From positions 20,604 to 84,603 of the forward strand of contig JBMYRW010000005.1 in assembly GCA_049602735.1 (NCBI GenBank): DNA of 64,000 nucleotides. Reading direction: 5' to 3'. Below the pieces are notes generated by a model, which ran no database searches, was not told the DNA's origin, and saw only the letters and a program-made list of their open reading frames with translations. The stretch comes from Thermoplasmatota archaeon (GTDB lineage Archaea > Thermoplasmatota > E2 > JACPAO01 > JAHFTW01). Positions 34,273 through 42,562 of the stretch are shown here, piece by piece. Position 1 is the stretch's first letter; each line of letters opens with the position of its first letter. A program made the translations under genes and the position numbers.

Positions 34273-34962
34273 ATGGGCATGACGGAGATCATCTTCCAAG
34301 TGGAGGTCCCGGAGTGGCCGGTGGCCCGTTTCACCCGCGACGTGGACAGCTCCCGGGTCATCATGAACCACATCCGGTTCGACGAAGACCACTTCCCCGT
34401 CCGCAACATCTTCACCGTCCTGGCCGACCGCAACGACTACCGCCACCTGCTCACCACGTTGAGCACCCTCTACTCCGGCGTCAAGGTGCTCCGCGAAGAC
34501 CCCCAAGCCCTCTCCGTCCTCGTGGAAGCGAGCCCGGACAGCCTCAAGTTCCTCAAAGGCCCCTTCGCCGATGCCCTGCGCGCGCTTGGCCCCGACCGCA
34601 TCCTGCGCCCCATCATCATCAAGGACGGCTGGATGACCGTCGGCATCATCACTGCCGCCCGCATCGACATCGGCGACATCATCCGTACCGCCACCGACTC
34701 CTTCGGCAAGGCCGACATCAACATGAAGCTCGTCCACTGGGGCGAATACCGCCCCGAAGACCACCCCATCGGCGACTACGAAGAGAAACTCACGCCGAAG
34801 CAGGTGGAGATCGTCAAGATGGGCCTCGCCCTGGGCTACTACGACAACCCCCGCCGCTGCACCCTCGACACCCTGGCCAACGTGTTCGGCATCAGCAAGG
34901 CCGCCGCCCACAACCGGCTCAAAGGGGCGGAGCGCAAAATTCTGACCAGTTACTTCTCCTGA
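34273..34962 (+). CDS. Transcription regulator with C-terminal HTH_10 (Bat-type) domain
   Basis: LTPKQVEIVKMGLALGYYDNPRRCTLDTLANVFGISKAAAHNRLKGAERKIL. ATG at 34273. Confidence 0.75.
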   Translation: MGMTEIIFQVEVPEWPVARFTRDVDSSRVIMNHIRFDEDHFPVRNIFTVLADRNDYRHLLTTLSTLYSGVKVLREDPQALSVLVEASPDSLKFLKGPFADALRALGPDRILRPIIIKDGWMTVGIITAARIDIGDIIRTATDSFGKADINMKLVHWGEYRPEDHPIGDYEEKLTPKQVEIVKMGLALGYYDNPRRCTLDTLANVFGISKAAAHNRLKGAERKILTSYFS

Positions 34963-36533
34963 AGTCCAGCAGGCGCCAGGCTGTTGGCGTAGTAGGTCAC
35001 CAGGTGCCATTGGGCGCCGTCGGCGCGGAAGCGTAGGACGCCATCCGGACCCCGCGAGGAGGCCAAGATGCCCCGCGGCTCCAACACATCGAGCCCTAGA
35101 TCGAGGATCTCGTCCAGGTCGTCCGCTTCGCCAAGGTGCAGGCTCACGTCCACCAGCTCCTTGTGCCCCTTCATCTCCCGGCGTAGTTCCCGCTGGTCCT
35201 CGTCGTGGGCTTCGTAGGGGTTGCCCGTGAAGAACGGCGCCCCGCGCGCCTTCAGGCGGTCGGTGACGGTGCGGAGGGCAAGGATGAGGTCGCCGCGATC
35301 GGGGGCCGCGTCGGGGTCCGTGGCACGCGCCTCGCCGAGTTCGACGAGGGCGAGACAGACGACGGTGGCGGGCGTGACCGGGACGTTGGCGCCGATGCGG
35401 TCGAGGAGGTCCTCGGCGAAGGGCCGCAGGCGCTCCTGCCGGGCCTTGCGGTCCGGTTCTTCCAGGAGGGACTGGCCACCGTTGGCCGCCAGCCAGTCAT
35501 CGAAGCTCACCGGCTCACCGAAGTGGATGGCGCACACGCCGTGCTTCTTCAGACGCTTGGTGGCAAAGCGTGCCACGTTGAGCGGGACGCCCACGAAGGT
35601 GCGGCCGAGGAGGCTGCCGATGCGGGCGACCTTCTGGCCGGTCGAGCGGCGCGGCGCGGTGGCATCGGCCTCCGCGCGGGCTTCCCCGGTAAGCACGTTG
35701 TCCTCGAGGACGCGGTCGAAGTTGATGCCGACGGGAACGAAGACGAGAGGGGCCGTGAACGTGGGGTCGAGCTTCGCCTTGGCCATGTAGTCCAGGAGGC
35801 CCAGCTTGACCGGCCGCAGGGCGCCGTCGCGGCTGAGGCCGCCTTCAGGGAACATCGCCTGCGTCACCTTCTGCTTCGTGATGAGCTGCAGGTAGGTCTC
35901 CAGCGTCCTGTGATAGAGCGGGTCCCGTTCGCCGCGGCGCACGAAGTACGAACCGAACGACTTGAAGATCCCTTCCAGCGGCCAGACACGCGCCCATTCA
36001 CCCACGGCGTAGCTCACCTGCACCGAGCGGCTGAGCATGAAACCCGTGACCACGAAGTCGGCGTTGCTGCGGTGGTTCGACACGTACACCACCGACGCCC
36101 CTTCCGGGATGGCCGCCTGCGCCCGCCGCAGGCTCGCCTGGTCGAGGCGGACGTTGTAGAGCGCGTAGGCGAACGTGCGGCCCAGCGCGTACCCGACCTT
36201 GTAGTAGGCGAACAGGTTGAACTGGGGCACGATCTCATCGAGCCAATGGCGCACACGTTCGCGCACCTGGGCGACGCTCGTCCCATCGGCGCGGGCCCGG
36301 GCGGCCATCGCCTCGACCAGGCCCGGCTCCGCCAGCACCGTCTCCTTGACCACCACGCGGTGGGTGTGCCGGTAGTTGTCCGTCGGGATCTCGTTCTCGC
36401 GCAGGAACCGGTCCACCTGAGCCTCGTAGCGGGCCTTCGCCGTGCGGACGACGAGGTAGCGCAAGACTTCGTAGACGAGCCACGCCGCCCCCAACACGGG
36501 CAGCCACCACCAACCACTCGGGGTCCAGACCAA
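34950..36533 (-). CDS. Glycerol-3-phosphate (or DHAP) acyltransferase, PlsB/GPAT family
   Basis: All four GPAT blocks are present: VYVSNHRSNADF (HxxxxD), GSYFVRRG, MFPEGGLSRDG and LVFVPVGINFDRV. The start is uncertain (TTG 36533). Confidence 0.85.
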   Translation of the reverse strand: MVWTPSGWWWLPVLGAAWLVYEVLRYLVVRTAKARYEAQVDRFLRENEIPTDNYRHTHRVVVKETVLAEPGLVEAMAARARADGTSVAQVRERVRHWLDEIVPQFNLFAYYKVGYALGRTFAYALYNVRLDQASLRRAQAAIPEGASVVYVSNHRSNADFVVTGFMLSRSVQVSYAVGEWARVWPLEGIFKSFGSYFVRRGERDPLYHRTLETYLQLITKQKVTQAMFPEGGLSRDGALRPVKLGLLDYMAKAKLDPTFTAPLVFVPVGINFDRVLEDNVLTGEARAEADATAPRRSTGQKVARIGSLLGRTFVGVPLNVARFATKRLKKHGVCAIHFGEPVSFDDWLAANGGQSLLEEPDRKARQERLRPFAEDLLDRIGANVPVTPATVVCLALVELGEARATDPDAAPDRGDLILALRTVTDRLKARGAPFFTGNPYEAHDEDQRELRREMKGHKELVDVSLHLGEADDLDEILDLGLDVLEPRGILASSRGPDGVLRFRADGAQWHLVTYYANSLAPAGLQEK

Positions 36534-36646
36534 CGGCGGTCCAGCCGGGGCGTGCCACTTGAGGGTGCCGAGAGGGTAGCCGCACCAAAGGAACCCTGAG
36601 CGTGGGCATCGCGGTGAGCCCCGGTCGCTTAATCAGGCGAACAAGG

Positions 36647-36653
36647 ATTTTAA
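36647..36653 (+). promoter_or_regulatory. TATA-like box (ATTTTAA) about 26 nt upstream of ATG 36676
   Basis: Isolated AT-rich heptamer in a GC-rich spacer. The spacing fits a leaderless transcript. Confidence 0.4.
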
Positions 36654-36675
36654 CCGCACAGAACTTTGGCCGGTC

Positions 36676-37233
36676 ATGCGCAAAGCCCTGGCCTTCGCAG
36701 CCTGCTCGTTGCTGATACTCGTTGCCGTTCCTTCCGTGCATGCGTTTGGCGGTATGCAAGAATGTGTCGGCCAGCCTGGCTATCTCTCCTGGCAGACCTG
36801 CGTATCTGTTTACCATGGTCGTGGCAGCTGCACCGGCGTCGAGATGTGGAAAACTGAAACCGGTCCAAACCACTTCGTATTCTCGTGCCTGCAGGAGGAA
36901 TGCCAGCTGGAAAACAACCTGGCACAGCCCCATTGTCTATCGCTCGTCGCCACGGTTGAACAGCTCCGGGATGAATTGACGGGCAATCCTGTCGTGGCGC
37001 AGGTCCTCGGGCTCGTGGCATGGGCCCTGTACCAAGCCGAGGGCCAGGTCGGAAAGGTTTGGGATGACGTCCGTTGCAACGAGATCGGGTCCGGGTTGGC
37101 GTGGCCGGCAGGAGATGATGTTGTCCGGTACTGTGTTGAGCCCGGCGCGCACCCCAAAGATACCGTGGAGGTTTGCTACCACGGGCAGATTGGATGGCAA
37201 GTGGTCAATCACCTGTACTGCACCGATCGGTGA
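36676..37233 (+). CDS. Secreted cysteine-rich protein, unknown function
   Basis: Signal MRKALAFAACSLLILVAVPSVHA. About 12 Cys. Parts of the gene are near 50% GC. Confidence 0.55.
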   Translation: MRKALAFAACSLLILVAVPSVHAFGGMQECVGQPGYLSWQTCVSVYHGRGSCTGVEMWKTETGPNHFVFSCLQEECQLENNLAQPHCLSLVATVEQLRDELTGNPVVAQVLGLVAWALYQAEGQVGKVWDDVRCNEIGSGLAWPAGDDVVRYCVEPGAHPKDTVEVCYHGQIGWQVVNHLYCTDR

Positions 37234-37380
37234 CCAGAAGCGCGCCGCCGAGCCGATTCCAATCGCGGCTTCCTAGCCGTGGCACGGAAGGAGCGCCTCG
37301 TGAGCTCCGCAAGGTTTCGACCCCTCGAATCGCATACGGTTATCAAGCGCCCCTTGGGTTCTTGGTCAGAGCGTGCCCCA

Positions 37381-37656
37381 ATGACCCGCGTCATCACCAG
37401 TGCCTGCATCGGCACCAAGGACACCAGTTGCGTGGACGTCTGCCCTGTCGACTGCATCCACCCCCACAGCGGCTCCGACGGCGAGAACGCCAAGCAGACC
37501 CTGGAACAGGCCGAGCAGCTCTACATCAACCCGGACGAGTGCATCGACTGCGGTGCCTGCGAGTCCGCCTGCCCCGTGGAAGCCATCTACCCTGATGACG
37601 AGATCCCCGAGGGCGAAGAGAAGTACGAGCAGATCAACGCCGATTACTTCGCCTGA
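37381..37656 (+). CDS. fdxA: 7Fe ferredoxin ([3Fe-4S][4Fe-4S], FdxA type)
   Basis: CIGTKDTSCVDVCPVDCIHP (Cx7Cx3CP) and LYINPDECIDCGACESACPVEAIY (CxxCxxCxxxCP). ATG at 37381. Confidence 0.9.
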   Translation: MTRVITSACIGTKDTSCVDVCPVDCIHPHSGSDGENAKQTLEQAEQLYINPDECIDCGACESACPVEAIYPDDEIPEGEEKYEQINADYFA

Positions 37657-37735
37657 GCGATAGCGAAGGTGAAGGAATCGGTGTGATGCTGGCGGCGCTT
37701 GCGTCGCCAGGGGACTGCGGACTACTTCGCCTGAG
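37642..37735 (+). repeat. Direct repeat duplicating the last fdxA codons plus stop 78 nt downstream
   Basis: gcc gat tac ttc gcc tga g (ends 37657) versus gcg gac tac ttc gcc tga g (ends 37735). Both differences are third-position synonymous in the A-D-Y-F-A-stop frame. Confidence 0.75.
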
Positions 37736-37754
37736 TCGCCTGGCCCTTCGGCCG

Positions 37755-37780
37755 ACCTTTCTCGTTTCCTCTCCTTCTTA
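37755..37780 (+). terminator. C/T-rich tract downstream of fdxA
   Basis: cctttctcgtttcctctccttctta on the coding strand, about 100 nt after the stop. The function is inferred. Confidence 0.25.
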
Positions 37781-37822
37781 TCGTGCGGCTATGGCTCGAC
37801 AAGGCCGCCCCCGAACGTTTGG

Positions 37823-38224
37823 CTAGTTCAGGACGATCGCGGGTTCAAGATCACCCAGCACCGGTCCGTACAGGATCAGACGGTGGCCCGCCGAAGGCAT
37901 CGCCGTCGGGTCCGCCTCGTCAGGATCCACGTCGGCGTCCACGAGCACGCCGCACAGCACGATCGCCGTGGCCGCAAGCACCGTGATCTTCTGGCCCGCC
38001 GCCTCGACCTCCACTTCGCCGCCCGCGACCGGGCAGTAGCAACCGCAAGGGCCGAACGCCAGCCAATGGGCCTCGTGTTCGTCGTGGCCGTCGCCGTCCC
38101 GGTCTTCACTGGAGACATGGGGCTGCCAGGGCAAGGCGGCGAACGGGTCCACGGCGGTCGCGGAAGCGTGCGGGGCCAGGGCGATCAGGAGGCAAGCAGC
38201 CAGCAACGAGGGGAGACCACGCAT
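37823..38224 (-). CDS. Secreted protein, unknown function (acidic/His cluster, CGCYC motif)
   Basis: Signal MRGLPSLLAACLLIALAPHASA. Also DRDGDGHDEHEAHW and FGPCGCYCP. Confidence 0.5.
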   Translation of the reverse strand: MRGLPSLLAACLLIALAPHASATAVDPFAALPWQPHVSSEDRDGDGHDEHEAHWLAFGPCGCYCPVAGGEVEVEAAGQKITVLAATAIVLCGVLVDADVDPDEADPTAMPSAGHRLILYGPVLGDLEPAIVLN

Positions 38225-38272
38225 GTGGATCGAGGATGCACGTCTGCGCCGCTAGGTAAGCGTGTGGATGTG

Positions 38273-38581
38273 TCACACGGGAGCCAATCTCTTCGCGATC
38301 GCCGCTGACCGGAGCCACAACAGGAGGCCCCCGGTCCCAGCGGCGCCAAGGAGTAGGCCGTGGCCGGCGTGCTCCTCGAAGTCCAATGCCATGATGGCGA
38401 CCGCCAGCGAGTAGCCGGTCCAGCAGGCCAGGATCCCGACCAGACGGATGACATTGCGCAGGAACGCCTGCTCGTCGGTGAGGCCGTCTGGCCGCGCCAG
38501 TGGGTCGGGCTCGTCAGCAACGGCCGTTGAAGGAGAGGAAGGGGAAGAAGGAGCGGCTGCCGCGTGCGCGGCATCCGCCAT
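38273..38581 (-). CDS. Small 2-TM membrane protein in the cox operon (possible subunit IV-like)
   Basis: Its ATG overlaps the coxC stop (TGATG at 38581). TMs: VIRLVGILACWTGYSLAVAIMAL and LLLGAAGTGGLLLWL. Confidence 0.55.
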   Translation of the reverse strand: MADAAHAAAAPSSPSSPSTAVADEPDPLARPDGLTDEQAFLRNVIRLVGILACWTGYSLAVAIMALDFEEHAGHGLLLGAAGTGGLLLWLRSAAIAKRLAPV

Positions 38582-39375
38582 CAGTGGCCACCGCTGAAGG
38601 AGCCGTTCATCCAGGGGACGATGTAGAGCACCGTGAACACGAAGACCCAGACCAGGTCCACGAAGTGCCAGTACATGGCCGCCGTCTGCGGGCCCACGTG
38701 GCGCTTGTCGTCGAACTGGCCCTTCAGGCTACGGTACCACACGATGATGAGGTACACCAGGCCGCCCGCGACGTGAGCACCGTGGGTGCCGGTGATCATG
38801 TAGAAGCTGCTCATGAACTGACCAGCCGTCAGGCCCTGGCCCTCCTGGACGAGCGTCATGTATTCGTCCGCCTGACCGTACAGGAAGATCAGGCCGAGGA
38901 GGATCGTGGCGCCCCACCAGGTGTTGAAGCCCTTCTTGTCGCCCTTGGCCAGCAGCGCCTCGGCGCGGTGGATCGTGGCGCTCGAGGCGAACAGGAACAG
39001 GGTGAAGATGCCGGTCTTGACGATCGGTAGGTGGACCTCCGTGTCGGGCCACTGGCCGGCCTGCGCCTTGAACGTGAAGTAGCTCGCGAACAGGGCGCCG
39101 AAGATGAACACCTCACTGGAGATGAACATGATGAGGCCGCTCCGGACGAGGCCCGGACCGGTTCCGATGTTGTTCTTCCACCAGCCCATGTCCTCGTTGA
39201 CCCATCCCAGGATGGAGACGGCAAGGGCGATGAGGCCCGGCACCAGCAGGTACATGCCGAAGATGAGGCCGAGGCACACGAGGGCGATCGACATGGCCAG
39301 GATGACCGGCCAGATGCTGCCGTGCGGCAGGTGCATCTCGTCGTGGTCGGCGTGCGCGGCGTCGTGGTGCGTCAT
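38581..39375 (-). CDS. coxC: Cytochrome c oxidase subunit III
   Basis: YMITGTHGAHVAGGLVYLIIVWYR and AAMYWHFVDLVWVFVF. A GGAGGT Shine-Dalgarno-like element sits 8 nt upstream, inside the coxA end. Confidence 0.9.
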   Translation of the reverse strand: MTHHDAAHADHDEMHLPHGSIWPVILAMSIALVCLGLIFGMYLLVPGLIALAVSILGWVNEDMGWWKNNIGTGPGLVRSGLIMFISSEVFIFGALFASYFTFKAQAGQWPDTEVHLPIVKTGIFTLFLFASSATIHRAEALLAKGDKKGFNTWWGATILLGLIFLYGQADEYMTLVQEGQGLTAGQFMSSFYMITGTHGAHVAGGLVYLIIVWYRSLKGQFDDKRHVGPQTAAMYWHFVDLVWVFVFTVLYIVPWMNGSFSGGH

Positions 39376-41010
39376 TCAGTAACCTCCCTTCTTGGCGGCC
39401 AGTTCACGCTCTTGCTGGATGGCCAGCGGCTCCGGCTCGTGGTCGACGATGAGGCCTTCGCCGTGGACGACGCGGCCTTCTTCCCAGAGCTTCCATTCGA
39501 TGGTCTTCACACCGCCCCAGGGGTCGGCACTGATGCGTTCCCGCTTGGGCCAGCTGACGACCACATTGATCAGGAACAGCAGGACGCTGAAGGCGATCAG
39601 GAAGGCGCCGACGGTGGAGACGGCGTTGAGCATCTCCAGTTCGGGCACGTAGTCGATCACACGCCGCGGCATGCCCTGCAGGCCGAGCATGAACTGCGGG
39701 AAGAAGGTCAGGTTGAAGCCGCCGAACATCAGCCAGAAGTGCCATTCGGCCAGGCCCTTGTGGTACATGCGCCCTCCCGACAGGAAGGGGTACCAGTAGT
39801 AGACGGCTGCAAAGATGCCGAACACGGCGCCGCCCACCATGGTGTAGTGGAAGTGCGCCACGACGAAGTAGGAGTCGTGCAAGGCGTAGTCGACGGGGAT
39901 GGCACCCAGCATGACGCCGGTGATGCCACCGATCACGAAGAGCCAGATGAAGCCCAGGCAGTGCTTCATGGGCGCATCCAGGTGGATGACGCCGCCCCAC
40001 ATGGTGGCCAGCCAGTTGAACACCTTGATGCCGGTAGGGACACCCACGAGCATCGTGTTGAACATGAACACCGCGCGGACGCGGGGGTCGATGCCGGTCG
40101 TGAACATGTGGTGGGCCCACACCAGGAAGCCGACCACCGCGATGCCGAGCATGGCGTACGCCATCGACTTGTAACCGAAGACGGTGCGGCGGCTGAACTT
40201 GGGGATGATCTCGTTGAGCACACCCATGACCGGCAGCACCAGCACGTACACTTCAGGGTGGCCGAAGAACCAGAACAGGTGCTGGTACAGGATCGGGTCA
40301 CCGGCGCCGTAGAAGAACTGGGTGCCGAAGTTGCGGTCGAAGAACAGCATGATGAACGCGACCGTCACCACGGGCAGGCTGTAGACCAGCAGGATGCTGG
40401 TGGCCATCTGCGCCCACACGAACAGGGGCATGTCGTGGAGCTTGATGCCGGGGCCGCGCATCTTGAAGATGGTGACCAGGAAGTTGACGCTACCGAGCGT
40501 CGAACCCAGACCCAAGAGGATGAGGCTGGCGAGCCACAGGTCCAGGCCCTTGTTGGCCAGCGTCACCGAGTGCGGCGGGTAACCGACCCAGGTGACGTTC
40601 ACCGTGACGAGTTGGGGGATGAGCATGGGCGCCCACAGCATGATGCCGGCGGGCACGATGAGCCAGAAGGAGAGGGCGTTGACACGAGGGAACGCCATGT
40701 CCTTCGCCTTGATCATCACTGGGACGAAGTAGTTGCCAAGCCCCGCCAAGGCCGGCATGATCCACAGGAACACCATGGTGGTGCCGTGCAGCGACAGCAG
40801 TTCGCTGAACGCCTCCGGGTTCGCCGACTCGATGCCGGGCCGGAGCAGTTCCAGCCGGATCAGGAGTGCCGCGATGCCGCCCAGGATGAAGTAGAGGAAA
40901 CCGGTCCATAGGTACATGATACCGATTTCCTTGTGGTCTGTGGTGGTTAGCCAGCGCATCAGACCACGCTTCTTGTGGGACTCGTGGGCCATGACGAAGT
41001 CCGGGTTCAT
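39376..41010 (-). CDS. coxA: Cytochrome c oxidase subunit I (haem-copper oxidase)
   Basis: WFFGHPEVYVLVLPVMG, VWAHHMFTTG and HDSYFVVAHFHYTMVGG. Confidence 0.95.
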   Translation of the reverse strand: MNPDFVMAHESHKKRGLMRWLTTTDHKEIGIMYLWTGFLYFILGGIAALLIRLELLRPGIESANPEAFSELLSLHGTTMVFLWIMPALAGLGNYFVPVMIKAKDMAFPRVNALSFWLIVPAGIMLWAPMLIPQLVTVNVTWVGYPPHSVTLANKGLDLWLASLILLGLGSTLGSVNFLVTIFKMRGPGIKLHDMPLFVWAQMATSILLVYSLPVVTVAFIMLFFDRNFGTQFFYGAGDPILYQHLFWFFGHPEVYVLVLPVMGVLNEIIPKFSRRTVFGYKSMAYAMLGIAVVGFLVWAHHMFTTGIDPRVRAVFMFNTMLVGVPTGIKVFNWLATMWGGVIHLDAPMKHCLGFIWLFVIGGITGVMLGAIPVDYALHDSYFVVAHFHYTMVGGAVFGIFAAVYYWYPFLSGGRMYHKGLAEWHFWLMFGGFNLTFFPQFMLGLQGMPRRVIDYVPELEMLNAVSTVGAFLIAFSVLLFLINVVVSWPKRERISADPWGGVKTIEWKLWEEGRVVHGEGLIVDHEPEPLAIQQERELAAKKGGY

Positions 41011-41037
41011 GGTACGTTGCGCGGCTACTTGGGGCCC

Positions 41038-41047
41038 CTAAAAAACC
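41038..41047 (-). promoter_or_regulatory. TATA-like box (minus strand GGTTTTTTAG) about 30 nt upstream of the coxA ATG
   Basis: AT-rich run in the 154-bp coxA/coxB divergent spacer. Confidence 0.4.
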
Positions 41048-41126
41048 GTGCGGGTGGCCGCGGCGCGCTCCCTCCTGTTGGCGGCTGCCCCAAGCGAAAG
41101 CCCGGCGGCCGCTCCGCTGCACAACC

Positions 41127-41137
41127 CTTTTCATAAC
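41127..41137 (+). promoter_or_regulatory. TATA-like box (CTTTTCATAAC) about 30 nt upstream of the coxB ATG 41165
   Basis: AT-rich element in the same divergent spacer. Confidence 0.4.
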
Positions 41138-41164
41138 TCGGCAGTGGTCGGCGGCCCGAACACC

Positions 41165-42502
41165 ATGCAGAAGTGGATCCTTGGGCTGCCGTTGGCAGCG
41201 CTGCTTCTTGTCCCGACCGCCGCAGCCTTCAGCTGGGGCATGCCGAAGGCCCTCACGGAGCGCGGCAAGATCGTCGAGGACATCTACGTGCAGATCGCCA
41301 TCGCCGGCGCCATCGTCTTCCTCATCGTGTTCGCCTGGCTCGTTTTGGTGCTCGTGCGCTACCGCCACGGCACCGGCAAGGGGCGCGCCACCTTCGAACA
41401 TGAGCGTGAGAACCTGAAGGCCGAGCTCGGTTGGACGATCATCCCCCTGATGATCGTGCTCTGGGTCGGCTGGATCGCCTACGGCGGTCTCCTGGCCCTC
41501 GACACCGAGGCCGACGAGATGGAGCCTGAGTTCACGCTCCACGTCACCGGTGTCCGTTACTCCTGGATCGGCGACTACGGCCCCGGCGCCGGCGACGCCC
41601 CGGTGCGCGTCACCTCCAGCTTCGACCCCTTCAACCCGGACGCGACGATGCCCTTGTTGGTACCAGCGGACGTCCCGGTCAAGATTAACCTCACGGCGGA
41701 CAGCGAGGACATCCTGCACGCCATGAACATCCTGGACGCCAACAACGCGTACGTGTGGATCAGCGACGCCAACACGGGCGGCCCCACCAAGTACACCCAT
41801 GGCACCATCGTGTTCCCTGAAGGCGAGTACATGGTGCAGTGCAAGGAGCACTGCTTCAACCCCGGCCACGCCTACATGCGTGGCAAGATTTCCGCGGTCC
41901 CGATGGCCGAGTTCCAGGAGTGGCTCGCGGTCAAGCAGCTCGAGGCCGGCGCCGAGCGCGTCGTCCACATCGACGTCGACGTCACCCAGGACGGCCTCGT
42001 GACGGAAGCCCCCCTCGAGCAGGTGAAGGGCTCTCGCATCATCGCCAAGGTGACCAACCAGCTCGCCCAGGACGTCACCGTCAGCGCCCGCACGAGCAGC
42101 ATCGACGTCCCCTCCGGCCGCTACCAGTACCTCGCCTTCGATGCGCCGGCTCCTGGCAGCATCGACATGGCCGTCAGCACCGGCGACAAGATCACCTTCA
42201 CGATCCTGGACGCGGAAGTGGTGCGCGTGGTGCTCGGCGAGTACTTCATCGACCCGACGCACGCCCGCCTGGAAGCCGGCAAGACCTACCTGATGCAGGT
42301 GGTCAACGAGGGCGCCCAGGGCCACAACATCTTCATCGGTGACTTCGGCACCAACCGCGTCGACTGGAAGAGCATCGACATCGCCGGTGGCCAGACCACG
42401 GCGTTCGTCGTGCAGACCACGACCCCGGTCAGCCTCAACACGTGGTGCAACATCCCTGGTCACTACGACCTGGGCATGTTCGGTACGATGACCGTCAGTT
42501 GA
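41165..42502 (+). CDS. coxB: Cytochrome c oxidase subunit II (CuA) fused to about 200 extra C-terminal residues, including a type-1 (blue) copper domain
   Basis: Two N-terminal TMs. The CuA site is LHAM...CKEHCFNPGHAYM. The C-terminal T1Cu ligand pattern is GHNIF...WCNIPGHYDLGM. ATG at 41165. Confidence 0.88.
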   Translation: MQKWILGLPLAALLLVPTAAAFSWGMPKALTERGKIVEDIYVQIAIAGAIVFLIVFAWLVLVLVRYRHGTGKGRATFEHERENLKAELGWTIIPLMIVLWVGWIAYGGLLALDTEADEMEPEFTLHVTGVRYSWIGDYGPGAGDAPVRVTSSFDPFNPDATMPLLVPADVPVKINLTADSEDILHAMNILDANNAYVWISDANTGGPTKYTHGTIVFPEGEYMVQCKEHCFNPGHAYMRGKISAVPMAEFQEWLAVKQLEAGAERVVHIDVDVTQDGLVTEAPLEQVKGSRIIAKVTNQLAQDVTVSARTSSIDVPSGRYQYLAFDAPAPGSIDMAVSTGDKITFTILDAEVVRVVLGEYFIDPTHARLEAGKTYLMQVVNEGAQGHNIFIGDFGTNRVDWKSIDIAGGQTTAFVVQTTTPVSLNTWCNIPGHYDLGMFGTMTVS

Positions 42503-42562
42503 CAGTGGCCGCATCGGCGCACACGCCGAAAGGCTCAACGGCCCCGTGCCCGCTGCACCCTC

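Noticed and set aside
35205-36599. 464-aa plus-strand ORF
   Set aside because: Antisense to the PlsB-like acyltransferase, which has all four catalytic blocks.
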